Below, one piece after another: positions 29,597-39,208 of a stretch of DNA of 64,000 bases (positions within the stretch are counted from its first letter, which is position 1; every line of letters begins with the position of its first letter). The notes below the pieces were generated by a model that saw only the letters and a list, made by a program, of their open reading frames with translations, did not search any database and had not been told where the DNA came from. The position numbers and the translations under genes were made by a program. The stretch spans positions 28,032-92,031 of the forward strand of contig JAHKAA010000051.1 of the NCBI GenBank assembly GCA_018825965.1, read 5' to 3'. The stretch is from Gammaproteobacteria bacterium (GTDB lineage Bacteria; Pseudomonadota; Gammaproteobacteria; Enterobacterales; Alteromonadaceae).

Positions 29597-29902
29597 TTGG
29601 CTCTCAAAATCAATTAATTAACAGTTTATTCCTAAACCAGTAACTTTTTTGCGGAGCGGATGATATTGAGAATTACTATCAAAAACAACTGTAATGAACG
29701 GAATTTAATGGGCGGGCATACTAAGCGGCTAAAGACTGATCGATTTCAGTTCAGTACTCATACAGCAGTATAATTGTTCGTCAATGTCTATCTGCTTGCT
29801 TACAGGCTCTGCCGCAGCAGCCTGTTGATAAGTTCTGACATCAAATGAGGTTTCAGGTGATAAAAGAAAAAGCGATCTTGGTTTTGATAACGGTCTTCAG
29901 AT

Positions 29903-31777
29903 TTATGTCGTTTTCCTGAGGTGCAGTGTAAACTCTTCCGGTGATACAGCTTTTGACCACAAATAACCCTGAGCACAGCTGCACCCCGCCTGCATCAGCA
30001 ACACCAGGCTTTGTGTGTCTTCCACTCCTTCAGCCACAGTATCTAAACCTAAACTGCTTGCCAGCTGAATGATGCCGTTGACCAGCGCCAGGTCTTTTTC
30101 ATTGTGACCAATACGGGCCACAAAAGAGCGGTCAATTTTTAAACTGTTCAGACTAAACTGGCTTAAATAGCCCAGATTGGAATAGCCGGTGCCAAAATCA
30201 TCGATAGCAAAACGCACACCTAAGGCAGACAACTGATCAATGTGTTGTTTCACTAAGGCCGTATCATCAATCAGCACAGACTCAGTCAGCTCCAGTTCCA
30301 GCCAATGCGCCTCTAAACCTGTATCAGCCAGCACTTGTGCCACTACTTCAGGTAAATCACCTTGTTTAAACTGCATGGCAGAGATATTCACTGCTATACC
30401 TAAAAGAAAACCTGACTCTTGCCATAGCTTTACCTGAGCACAGGCTTTTTGCAGCACAAAAAGTCCAAGCTCCTGAATTAAACCGGTTTGTTCTGCCAAA
30501 GGAATAAATACATCAGGCGAGACAACACCTAATTCAGCATCAGACCAGCGCAATAAGGCCTCAGCTCCACTGATCTGATTGGTTTTTAAATCATAGGCCG
30601 GCTGGTAAGCCACAGTAAAAAGCTGCTGCTTTACCGCCACACGCAAGCGCATCATCAGGTTGAATTTATCCAGCTCTTGCTGTTCCATGTCAGAGTGATA
30701 CCAGCAAAATCTGTTACGGCCCATTTTTTTTGCCTGATACATAGCTGTATCCGCTTTTTTGCACAGCAGATGAAAGTCAGTACCATCTTGCGGAGCTCTG
30801 GTGACGCCAACAGAAGCAGACAACTGAACTTTATGCTGCTGTACTACAAATTCCTGCTGACAACTGTGTAATAAGTTGTGGATGCGTTGCTCAAGCTCAG
30901 CCGGATTTTGCCACTGGCTTATAATCACCACAAACTCATCACCACCAAAACGACTCAGCACATCCTGCTCTGACAGCTGGCTTTGCAGCACTGCCGCCAG
31001 CTGTTGCAATACTTCATCACCCGCCTGATGACCCAGAGCATCGTTAATAGGTTTAAAATTATCTAAATCAATAAATAACAAAGCCACAGATTGCTGTGCA
31101 TTGGCAGCCATAGCGCGCTGAAAACCCAGTTCACATTGAGTTCTGTTCACCAGACCTGTCAGCGGGTCGTGCTGAGCCAAACGCTGAATTTCCAGCTGGG
31201 ATTTTACAACCCGTTCGTTTTCTTGTTTTAACTGCAGCAACACATCTTTGGTATCCCGGGCTATCAGCCTCATGGTTACACCACCAACCAACAACAGTAA
31301 ATTTAAGGTGATAAAAGTATTTAATGTGGCCACAGCAGGACTAAAAGAAAGCCAGTCATACAAAGATGCCAGAGCTAAAAAGGAACAAAACAGCAGGATA
31401 AAACCAAATAACAGCAAATAAAAACGCCGGCCACTGTACATAGCCGCATAAGCCAGCACCAGCGGATACCCCAGCAGCATCAGATCAAAAATACCCGCAT
31501 TGATACTGATCAGGCTGCAGATCATTAAAGTCAGCAGCCACAACAAGGCCCCAATGGCAAAGCGGATTTTACGCCGTTGCAGCAAAATTAAAATGCAAAA
31601 CAGGCCCATAGCTGTCGCCAGCAAAACAGTGGCTGATTTAGGGCCGGAAGCCGCTGCACCACAGATCACGGCAAGCGCACAAATCCAGACAATTTGTTTC
31701 AGCCGCTTTAACTGTTGAGCAGTTAAAGCGGTAATATCAGAGCCAGTTGAAAAATCAAATAAGGTCCACTGCTTCAT
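29903..31777 (-). CDS. Membrane-bound diguanylate cyclase/phosphodiesterase (GGDEF-EAL)
   Basis: About 5-6 TM helices, intact GGDEF, EALLRW, ELELTES and DDFGTGYS. Confidence 0.93.
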   Translation of the reverse strand: MKQWTLFDFSTGSDITALTAQQLKRLKQIVWICALAVICGAAASGPKSATVLLATAMGLFCILILLQRRKIRFAIGALLWLLTLMICSLISINAGIFDLMLLGYPLVLAYAAMYSGRRFYLLLFGFILLFCSFLALASLYDWLSFSPAVATLNTFITLNLLLLVGGVTMRLIARDTKDVLLQLKQENERVVKSQLEIQRLAQHDPLTGLVNRTQCELGFQRAMAANAQQSVALLFIDLDNFKPINDALGHQAGDEVLQQLAAVLQSQLSEQDVLSRFGGDEFVVIISQWQNPAELEQRIHNLLHSCQQEFVVQQHKVQLSASVGVTRAPQDGTDFHLLCKKADTAMYQAKKMGRNRFCWYHSDMEQQELDKFNLMMRLRVAVKQQLFTVAYQPAYDLKTNQISGAEALLRWSDAELGVVSPDVFIPLAEQTGLIQELGLFVLQKACAQVKLWQESGFLLGIAVNISAMQFKQGDLPEVVAQVLADTGLEAHWLELELTESVLIDDTALVKQHIDQLSALGVRFAIDDFGTGYSNLGYLSQFSLNSLKIDRSFVARIGHNEKDLALVNGIIQLASSLGLDTVAEGVEDTQSLVLLMQAGCSCAQGYLWSKAVSPEEFTLHLRKTT

Positions 31778-31948
31778 ATTCTGCCTTGTCTCTGTATTGC
31801 CAGCAGACTGCTGTCATTTCCCACAAGAAACGATAAAACCTGCAATATCAGGCCGGATGTGCAGAATACCAGACTGCGACCAGATTAATACAGTCAGAGT
31901 TGGGTTAATTTGTTAGGAAAATAGTTTCAGACCTTGGCGGTATGAATA

Positions 31949-31976
31949 AAAACACCGGCACTAAGTCCGGTGTTTT
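31949..31976 (-). terminator. Terminator after the TonB-dependent receptor
   Basis: AAAACACCGG-cactaagt-CCGGTGTTTT. Confidence 0.75.
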
Positions 31977-31999
31977 AGCTTTCAAATACGGCTTATTGA

Positions 32000-34828
32000 T
32001 TACATGCTGTAGCGAACGCCTAAAGCGAAAGTACGGCTGTATAAGGCAGTGCCAAAATTGCCTGTGGTTGCATTATTACCATAATAACTCTGATACAACT
32101 CATTGGTCAGGTTGGTGCCGTCCAGCGTCAGTTCAAACTGTTCTGTCAGTTTGTAGCTTAACTGAAAGTCCATGCTGGCCTCTGATTTGTTGCGCCTTTC
32201 CAGTGGATTAGCAAACAAAGCCGCTTCATAGTTCGCCAGGAAACCCTCACGCCATGAATAGGACAATCTCATGCCTAAATCATTTTTGTCGTACGCCAGC
32301 ACCACACTGTAAGACGAATCAGAGACACCAAACAGATCGGTGTCTCTGTAGCCCGTGATCTCGCCTTCACTATTGGTATCAGGTGTAGTTTGTGACGAAG
32401 ACAGCCGGGTATAACTGGCCTGCACACCAAAACCATCCAAAGCTTCAGGTAAATAATCAGGGAACCAGACCAGACCAATTTCAGCACCTGATAATTCCCC
32501 GGCAGAGGCATTGTATGGCTGAGTTAATACAAACTTGTAAGGTGTTGGATCAGTGGCTGATTTTGGCGCTGTGACTGAACGACGGAAACCTACCACAAAA
32601 CCGTCAATATCACGTCTGAACACAGTGCCATACAAGGAGCTGGCTTCAGCAAAGTACCACTCCAGCGACAGATCGTAGTTTTTTGACTCTGTTGGTTTTA
32701 AATCCGGATTACCTCCCCCTGCAGTGCCATAACCTATACCTGTGACGTCTTCGTTATAGATAATCAACGGGTTTAAATCACCAAAACCCGGATAACGTAA
32801 AGTTTCGGTGTAAGCCACACGGGCCTGTAAGTCGTCGGTCAACTGATAACGGGCAGACAAGCTTGGCAGAATTTTACGGGTTTTGCTTTCACCCGCACTG
32901 GTATTTTGCACAGTGCCAGGAGCACTTTCCTGATAGAAGGTGGAATCTGTGTCTATGCCGGTGTAGCGGGCGCCCACTTCACCATTTAGCGCGCGACCTG
33001 CAACTTCGGTTTCAAATTTACCCTGTAAATACAAAGACAAAGTAGTGGCGTCTATATCAAAAGAACGCTGTAAATCCAGCTTATTCATTCCATACAAAGC
33101 ACGAAACTCGTCGGCATTATTGCGAATGTGATGGCCGTTAGCCGCAGCCCATGAAGTCGGCACATTGGCTTCACCATTCATAAAGCCGCTGTTAATTGAA
33201 GCTAAGCCCTCCAGAGTTGCAACATTAACTGCACCACCACAACAACGGTCCTGACGACTGAAGGAGGTGGTAGCCCCTCTTTTGTCATAACGCACACCTG
33301 TTTCCATTGTGCTAAAGAAGCCATCCAGCCGGTACACCAAATCTGAGGTAAAGGTCAGTGCATCACCTTCGTCTTTATTGGCATTGTCGTACATTCCATC
33401 CGTCAGGTAAGCCGATGGATCCGCCATACTGGATTCATCCACTGCTGCAGTGGCTGGATTATCATCAAAGTGAAAGCCCGGAATACCGGCATTGTCGTTA
33501 AAATCGACATTCAATCTGTAGCTATTACCCGGGCGTACAAAACGCATGGCAAAAAAGTCGCTGTTGTATTCACTGTCCTGAACCACAAGTTCAGATTTTA
33601 ACGTCATGTAATCTGACAATTCCCAACGGCCACCCAAAGCATGCAGGTAACTGTCAGTTTTGCCTGTGGTTAAATCACCGCTGGTAAAGACCCATGGGTC
33701 GTTCACAGAACGCGATTTCACTATGTTTGTGCCAGGATGCAACTGCACATTAGCTGCAGCTGTGGCCTGAGCCGGAGTCATGCCAGCATAACCGCCCCAC
33801 CAGTCGGCAAATGAAAACAACAGACTGTTAAAACCTTCATTACGGAAACCGTTATAAAAAGACTCAAACACGTATTCTGATTTTTCATCAGGTGCAAACT
33901 GCAGCGAAATATTGGCAGCAGGGCGCTCACGCTCGCCTGTGTAATCGCTTTGGAATACCGCATCACGACTTAACATATAAGGCGTTGCCACACCATTAAT
34001 ATCCAAAGTTGCACCTTCGTTTGAGGGTAACCCCAATAATAAACCGGGTTGCCAGATTGGATTTTCAGCCACACCTGGTTTATCCAGAAAAATTCGCTCA
34101 TAAGGGGTAAAAGGTGCAGTAGGGTTTGCCGTCATAAAAGGCAACATAGCGCCAGCAGTCACACTTTGATCACGATAACGCATTCTGGAATAAGAGACGT
34201 TCACCAAAGCACCAAAGTGCCCTGAATCCAGTTGCCAGTTATTGCTGGCTAAAGCACTGAAGGTGGGGTTAATTTCTTCATTTTGTTCGGTATAAATACC
34301 ACGGGCATTGGCAATAAATTTAGCGCCGTCAAAATCAAAAGGTCTGTGGGTTTTTACATCGATAGAACCAGCTATACCACTTTCAATCTGACTGGCAGAA
34401 CGGGTTTTATACACATCAACCTGTTTAAGCAAACTGGCAGGAATATCCTGCAAAGCCACAGCAGTGCCCGATGCGGTAAAAATATTGCGACCATTGACTG
34501 TAGTGGTGATATCACTTAAACCACGGATTGAAACTGCAGCCACTTCGCCTGAAGCACGGTTGGTTACCTGCACACCAGTGACACGTTGCAAGGATTCAAC
34601 TACGTTATTATCAGGAAACTTGCCTATGTCTTCAGCCACTATGGCATCAACTATCTGTTCGTTGTGACGTTTTACGCCCAAAGCCTTATTCAGACTGCCA
34701 CGTATGCCTTTGACTTCAATGATTTCTACTTCTGTTGCTTTGTTATCTTCTTGCGCTGCAGTAACTGGCTGACTCATCAGAACAATAGCCATAGACACCG
34801 CACTGCTTAAGACGGATCGCTTAAACAT
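32000..34828 (-). CDS. TonB-dependent receptor (carbohydrate-uptake type)
   Basis: Signal peptide, EVKGIRGSL..A...KR..EQIVDAIVAEDIGKFPDNNVVESLQRVTGV plug, GNPDLKP, and terminal RTFALGVRYSM. Confidence 0.93.
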   Translation of the reverse strand: MFKRSVLSSAVSMAIVLMSQPVTAAQEDNKATEVEIIEVKGIRGSLNKALGVKRHNEQIVDAIVAEDIGKFPDNNVVESLQRVTGVQVTNRASGEVAAVSIRGLSDITTTVNGRNIFTASGTAVALQDIPASLLKQVDVYKTRSASQIESGIAGSIDVKTHRPFDFDGAKFIANARGIYTEQNEEINPTFSALASNNWQLDSGHFGALVNVSYSRMRYRDQSVTAGAMLPFMTANPTAPFTPYERIFLDKPGVAENPIWQPGLLLGLPSNEGATLDINGVATPYMLSRDAVFQSDYTGERERPAANISLQFAPDEKSEYVFESFYNGFRNEGFNSLLFSFADWWGGYAGMTPAQATAAANVQLHPGTNIVKSRSVNDPWVFTSGDLTTGKTDSYLHALGGRWELSDYMTLKSELVVQDSEYNSDFFAMRFVRPGNSYRLNVDFNDNAGIPGFHFDDNPATAAVDESSMADPSAYLTDGMYDNANKDEGDALTFTSDLVYRLDGFFSTMETGVRYDKRGATTSFSRQDRCCGGAVNVATLEGLASINSGFMNGEANVPTSWAAANGHHIRNNADEFRALYGMNKLDLQRSFDIDATTLSLYLQGKFETEVAGRALNGEVGARYTGIDTDSTFYQESAPGTVQNTSAGESKTRKILPSLSARYQLTDDLQARVAYTETLRYPGFGDLNPLIIYNEDVTGIGYGTAGGGNPDLKPTESKNYDLSLEWYFAEASSLYGTVFRRDIDGFVVGFRRSVTAPKSATDPTPYKFVLTQPYNASAGELSGAEIGLVWFPDYLPEALDGFGVQASYTRLSSSQTTPDTNSEGEITGYRDTDLFGVSDSSYSVVLAYDKNDLGMRLSYSWREGFLANYEAALFANPLERRNKSEASMDFQLSYKLTEQFELTLDGTNLTNELYQSYYGNNATTGNFGTALYSRTFALGVRYSM

Positions 34829-34919
34829 GAGCTTCTTCTCCCCTTGTCGTGGTTTTATTACACCTTCCCGGTCAAAACACAGCAGACCTTCGAGGCATTT
34901 TTTTATCCTACCTCAAATC

Positions 34920-34948
34920 ATGCTATTGTATGATTAATAGACTGTCAA
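34920..34948 (-). promoter_or_regulatory. Sigma70 promoter of the TonB receptor
   Basis: Minus strand reads TTGACA-N17-TAGCAT, about 90 bp upstream of the start codon. Confidence 0.55.
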
Positions 34949-35252
34949 CCAACAAGCAGAGAAATATTCACCACAGCCCATGAATTCCGATAACGGAAAA
35001 ATCTTGTAAAGGATCCCCTCATCCACGCTAGCCTCAGCCCCACACTGCTCAGTTAAGCCATAGGTTATAACTGCCCCTCGTCTGACGTTTGTGGAAAGAC
35101 TGAGAAATAATGAACCAGTGAGAAATTGACAATTACTATATAAAGCAGCTGAAAAGCAGAAAGCAGCGAGGGATCTCACTCTGTGTTTTTGCTGTTAAAG
35201 ACTAAATCTAACCACAGTGTTTGTTTAGGAAAAAATTCAGTAAAAGAGGGAC

Positions 35253-35281
35253 TTGCCTTGTGGATATTTAGGCAATACTAT
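35253..35281 (+). promoter_or_regulatory. Candidate sigma70 promoter with overlapping inverted repeat
   Basis: TTGCCT-N17-TACTAT; TTGCCT...AGGCAA inverted repeat spans the -35 box and spacer. Confidence 0.4.
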
Positions 35282-35338
35282 CGTTAGTCAGTTGTACTCA
35301 TTTCTGTTTCGGCAAATGCAAAGCAATAGGGATATTTC

Positions 35339-35863
35339 ATGCAAGGTGAACTTCAGCGAAAAATACTCAACAGATGCAAAGTCGTGATGTTTTGTTTGTT
35401 TTGCAGCTCAGCCAGTGCTGCGATGCAGCCGGGTTTTACTGAGTTCCGCACTTTCTCAGATCCAAATGGCCAGTTGTATTTAGAGGCCCCCAAAGATTTT
35501 GTGCTTATAGCCGCAGAAGTAAACGTTCCTTTGATTGTCAGTAAAAAATACGGCTACCTGAAAATTAACCAGACGCCAACAGGCTGGGCGCTTGAACCTC
35601 TCACATATGCACAATGGAAAGCATTGCAACTGACAGAAGGTCACCCTTTTGTGGTTTCAATAAACAATACAGAGCAGCCTGATAAAGTGTCCTTAAATGT
35701 GGTGAATCAACCTTTTTCTGTAGTTGTTATTAGCGGTTTAAATTCTGTGTTCTCCTTCTCTGCCTTTAATTCAGACGGTACAGCTTATAATCCTGCCGAT
35801 CTAACCCGTCAGACCAGTTATAACTACGACAATAAAGGGCGTTTACTCAGTACAACAAAATAG
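35339..35863 (+). CDS. Secreted protein: paralog of the RHS N-terminal domain with a single C-terminal YD repeat
   Basis: Signal peptide (..SSASA-AMQ), 20/67 ungapped identities to RHS residues 35-101, ends TSYNYDNKGRLLSTTK. Confidence 0.75.
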   Translation: MQGELQRKILNRCKVVMFCLFCSSASAAMQPGFTEFRTFSDPNGQLYLEAPKDFVLIAAEVNVPLIVSKKYGYLKINQTPTGWALEPLTYAQWKALQLTEGHPFVVSINNTEQPDKVSLNVVNQPFSVVVISGLNSVFSFSAFNSDGTAYNPADLTRQTSYNYDNKGRLLSTTK

Positions 35864-35938
35864 TCTAAGTAATTTTCACCACAGTTTTTTGTTGTTCAAT
35901 AAAATTTGATACCACAAATAATAAGACGGAGCCAGCAT

Positions 35939-36488
35939 ATGCAAACATCATTCCCGCAAAGCGCTTTGCTTATCGGGATTGCGTGATAAAGCTTCCGTTA
36001 CTTTAGTTCGGGCCATCTGCTCTGCTATTGAACTTTATGGCATACCACGGCTGATACGCACTGACAACGAAGCTGTGTTTACCTCAAGAACTTTTCGTTG
36101 GGCTTTGAAATTCTTAGGAATCAAGCATCAATGCACTGATTTAGGTTGTCCGTGGCACAAAATTGCTTTTCCAATTTTGAACATCGAAGCGCAGCGACGA
36201 TGGCCCGGAGGGTGAGCAATGGCACATTGCGAATAAAATGGTCGTATCGAGAGACTGTTTGGCACCTTCAAACAACAGATCAGAAAAATCATCGTTGAAG
36301 ATGGAATGGCACTTAGCCAACGCTTAGCTGAGTTTCAATTCTGGTATAACGCCATCCGTCCACACCAAAACCTGAAGGGCCAGACACCAGATGAAATCTG
36401 GCATGGCAAAGCAATACCTCGCAGCAAAAACTGGACTTATGTTGAATTCTGGAATGGTGTGCTGCAGGGGTTTTATGCCAGAGAGTAG
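35939..36488 (+). pseudogene. Defective copy of the DDE integrase/transposase at 39209-40090
   Basis: 5' deletion joins ATG to EHHSRKAL; IRTDNEAVF and NGRIERLF retained; interrupted by a 78-bp insertion. Confidence 0.9.
36159..36236 (+). mobile_element. 78-bp multi-hairpin insertion element (MITE-like), copy 1
   Basis: Splits TGG CAC|AAT GGT in the integrase. Shares AA..TTGAAC..GGCCCG.AGGG.GAG..CGA.TA with 39020-39093. Confidence 0.75.
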
Positions 36489-36608
36489 ATTCGACAACGA
36501 GGTGCAAAAAAACAAAAAACACTGTCCGCGCAGGATAGAGGCAGCGGCTACCCGAATAGCCGCGGTTTGCTCAAAAAGAAGACACATTTTTAAAGAGCGC
36601 TAAAAATA

Positions 36609-36717
36609 CTGATCACAATCAGGCATTTTTAGTGAAAAACCAAAGCCGGATTGTTCAACTTTTAAACAAAATGGCGTTGCCAAAACCTTCAATAATCCTA
36701 CCGGACACTCGGACAGG
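36609..36717. repeat. 109-bp repeat R1 (distal part of the 193-bp unit 36523-36715)
   Basis: 6 mismatches in 109 bp versus R3. Confidence 0.95.
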
Positions 36718-36745
36718 CCTCCAAAATTGAAAACAAAGGAACAAG

Positions 36746-37078
36746 TCAATCATTTCTCACCGAAATATAATAGATAGTATCTGACACTGATTGATCAAGG
36801 CAGGCTCCGGCTGTTCTGAATGACACTGTTTTTCCTGCCACAAACGCCATCATCAATACACTCAAATATTCCTTTGCCATAGGGCGGGCCATGCTAAATG
36901 ACAGGTAATCTCCATTGGAGCCATGACAGGCGGGTTTATTTTGTACTCCCCCAACGGGATAGATATAAACCAAATTCCCACCTTCGAACATTAAAATACT
37001 ATCTATTTTAGCGATAGTATCTGCTGCTACCCATGCAGAAAAAAATGATAATACCAATGCGCCTAATATGATTTTCAT
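36746..37078 (-). CDS. Small secreted protein with an AB5 B-subunit-like (OB-fold) motif
   Basis: GGGAG RBS, signal peptide, two Cys, helix-strand KEYLSVLMMAFVAGKTVSFRTAGAC. Confidence 0.7.
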   Translation of the reverse strand: MKIILGALVLSFFSAWVAADTIAKIDSILMFEGGNLVYIYPVGGVQNKPACHGSNGDYLSFSMARPMAKEYLSVLMMAFVAGKTVSFRTAGACLDQSVSDTIYYISVRND

Positions 37079-37192
37079 AACTCTTAACTCCCTTTCTAAA
37101 TTACTGTTTTTACACACTTTGATCCAGCTAATGTCTTACACACCATGACTTAAATTGCTAGCGCCAAAATCACTGTTCAACATATTTGGCAT

Positions 37193-37301
37193 CTGATCAC
37201 AAACAAGCATTTTTAGTGAAAAAACCAAACCAGATTGTTCAACTTTTAAACAAAATGGCGTTACCAAAACCCTCAATAACCCTGCCGGACACTCGGACAG
37301 G
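37193..37301. repeat. 109-bp repeat R2 (solo, no adjacent integrase)
   Basis: Nearly identical to R1 and R3; starts exactly at CTGATCAC. Confidence 0.95.
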
Positions 37302-37821
37302 ACACCCCACTGGTGCATTCCTTAGGTATCAAAGCCATATTGGATGAAAGAACAACTATTTCTTCATACTTATCATCATGCACCGCAGTGAGGGTTAACC
37401 CACCAATTGAAATTGCATAGAGCCTGCCTTTTTTAAACTTGTGGTACTTTTCAATACCGTGGTAAATCCAGAATTTTTTCTCGAATGGCTTAAAATGAAG
37501 TTCACCGGGTTTCACGGAAAACTGATGGCTATTCAAATGGCTCGACATTTCATCAACAACTTTTCCGGGAGTTGATGCTGCTTCAATAAATTTTTCCATA
37601 TCCCATATCGTGAAGCTTGAAGGGTTTATGTGTTCATCACTAATTGCCCCACTTTTATCAATACGTAGTTTGTATGGTGTTTTATTCTCTAATACCAACA
37701 ATGTTTGTGTGGTGCCAGACACACATTTCACATGCACAAATGCATCAATCATTGCTTGTAAATTACTTGCAAGAGCATTTGCGCTAAAAAAAAGAAACAA
37801 AAGCAAACCGATAAATCTCAT
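37273..37821 (-). CDS. Secreted protein, putative immunity partner of the orphan toxin tip
   Basis: Signal peptide; ATGA overlap with the stop of 37818-38753; last ~10 codons run into repeat R2. Confidence 0.65.
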   Translation of the reverse strand: MRFIGLLLFLFFSANALASNLQAMIDAFVHVKCVSGTTQTLLVLENKTPYKLRIDKSGAISDEHINPSSFTIWDMEKFIEAASTPGKVVDEMSSHLNSHQFSVKPGELHFKPFEKKFWIYHGIEKYHKFKKGRLYAISIGGLTLTAVHDDKYEEIVVLSSNMALIPKECTSGVSCPSVRQGY

Positions 37822-38753
37822 TGAAATCTCCCCATGACTGCATATTCAAAAGCGTTTGCGTTTACGCGCAGCTTATCAAGACTCACACTATCGGGCGGAA
37901 AGGCGCTAACTGCGCTGTTAGACATACCTACAATAGTATGGACTGATTGCGTAGCATCTGGATGTGTTAAACCTACTGAATGCCCAATTTCATGAATAAC
38001 TGTATCCAGTCGGTCGGTATGATAACGCGAAAAGTCTATGCCCAACCTAGCACTACCATCCGTAAAATACGCTCCAGACACTCCAGTGACGCTGACTAAG
38101 AGATCAGGGTTTGCTATGTAATGATCAATACTTGTCATCGCCGCTGATGACGTATCTATCAAAAACTGCCTCGTTCCTTCGAACTGGCCATCATCAAGAA
38201 ACCCATAAAGTCGGCGTATTTCGTTATAGCTTCCGGTTTTGTCTGACAAGTCCGCTTTGAAAGCCGCAAGCTTATCCTTTCCATGACTCAATAATTTCAA
38301 AAACTCTTTCCTTTGCCCCGGCGTAAGTGGACCAGCCACCGCATCGCCATCTCCCTTGTTTTGTGCACTGCCCCAATCCGCCATAAGCGCCGCAGCAAAT
38401 GCCCCACTAAAAGCACCATTGGCAAATTTGCTGCCAGTTACTTTTGATATGGTGCCTCCAACTACTGCTGCAACTAAGACTTTTCCAATGGGGTTACTAA
38501 TTCCATGAGAAGCACCTCCCAAGGCAGCACCTAAACCAGCAGCCACGAATCCATGTCCAAATTTACCTCCTTGCATCGTTGAAGCCAAACCACCAATAGC
38601 TGCACTGGCAAGCACTCTTCCAACGCTGCCGCCTCCAGGCATTGCTGCTGTTGTGATACCTGAAACCAATGCTGAACGTAAGCTTCCTGTCACTGCATAG
38701 GTAGATAAGGTGTTATAAGCCACCAAACATACCTGACAATAGAAAGCCAACAC
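37818..38753 (-). pseudogene. Orphan RHS C-terminal tip: Gly/Ala-rich linker plus HExxH zinc-metalloprotease domain
   Basis: GGKFGHGF..FANGAFSGAF linker, TVIHEIGHSVGLTH and NANAFEY; the upstream RHS core is deleted. Confidence 0.75.
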
Positions 38754-38770
38754 GGCAGTAACAACAGCAT

Positions 38771-39170
38771 GCTGCCTTGCTGGTCTTTATGCAGGTAGTA
38801 AGTTTCGTTGGCGCCGTTACTGCGTTTGGTGATGACTGCGTCACCTACATAGTATTTATGTTCCACGACACCTGTAGGTAGCGTGATTTGTTCATACCCA
38901 TCCAGCATCAGCGTTGAGGTGATGTTATTGCCTCTTTTGTCGATGCGCTTAATCAGCTCTCTGTTCGGCCCATACTCAAAGTCCGTAAAATCCGTGTTCT
39001 GCTGAATTCTTGAGGGTTTCTACTCGTCACATCCATGTGACTCGCCCTGCGGGCCGCCGCTTCGCAGCGTTCAACACTTGCTCCTGCAGTGTTGTCAAAC
39101 GCAGTGTAGGTAAAGCTGCGTTTCCCATCATGGGTCACATTGCCATTGGCATCATAACTAAAGTTGTGAT
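38771..39170 (-). pseudogene. RHS core remnant (paralog of 42166-42480)
   Basis: Near-identical DNA to the intact RHS (FSYDANGNVT...YYLHKDQQGS); interrupted by a 74-bp insertion. Confidence 0.9.
39020..39093 (-). mobile_element. 74-bp multi-hairpin insertion element (MITE-like), copy 2
   Basis: Splits TTT GAC|AAA CCC (AFDKP; AFEKP in the intact RHS); same hairpin architecture as copy 1. Confidence 0.8.
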
Positions 39171-39208
39171 AGATCCTTCTCAATCAAATACACCTTGAGA
39201 AGCTATAT

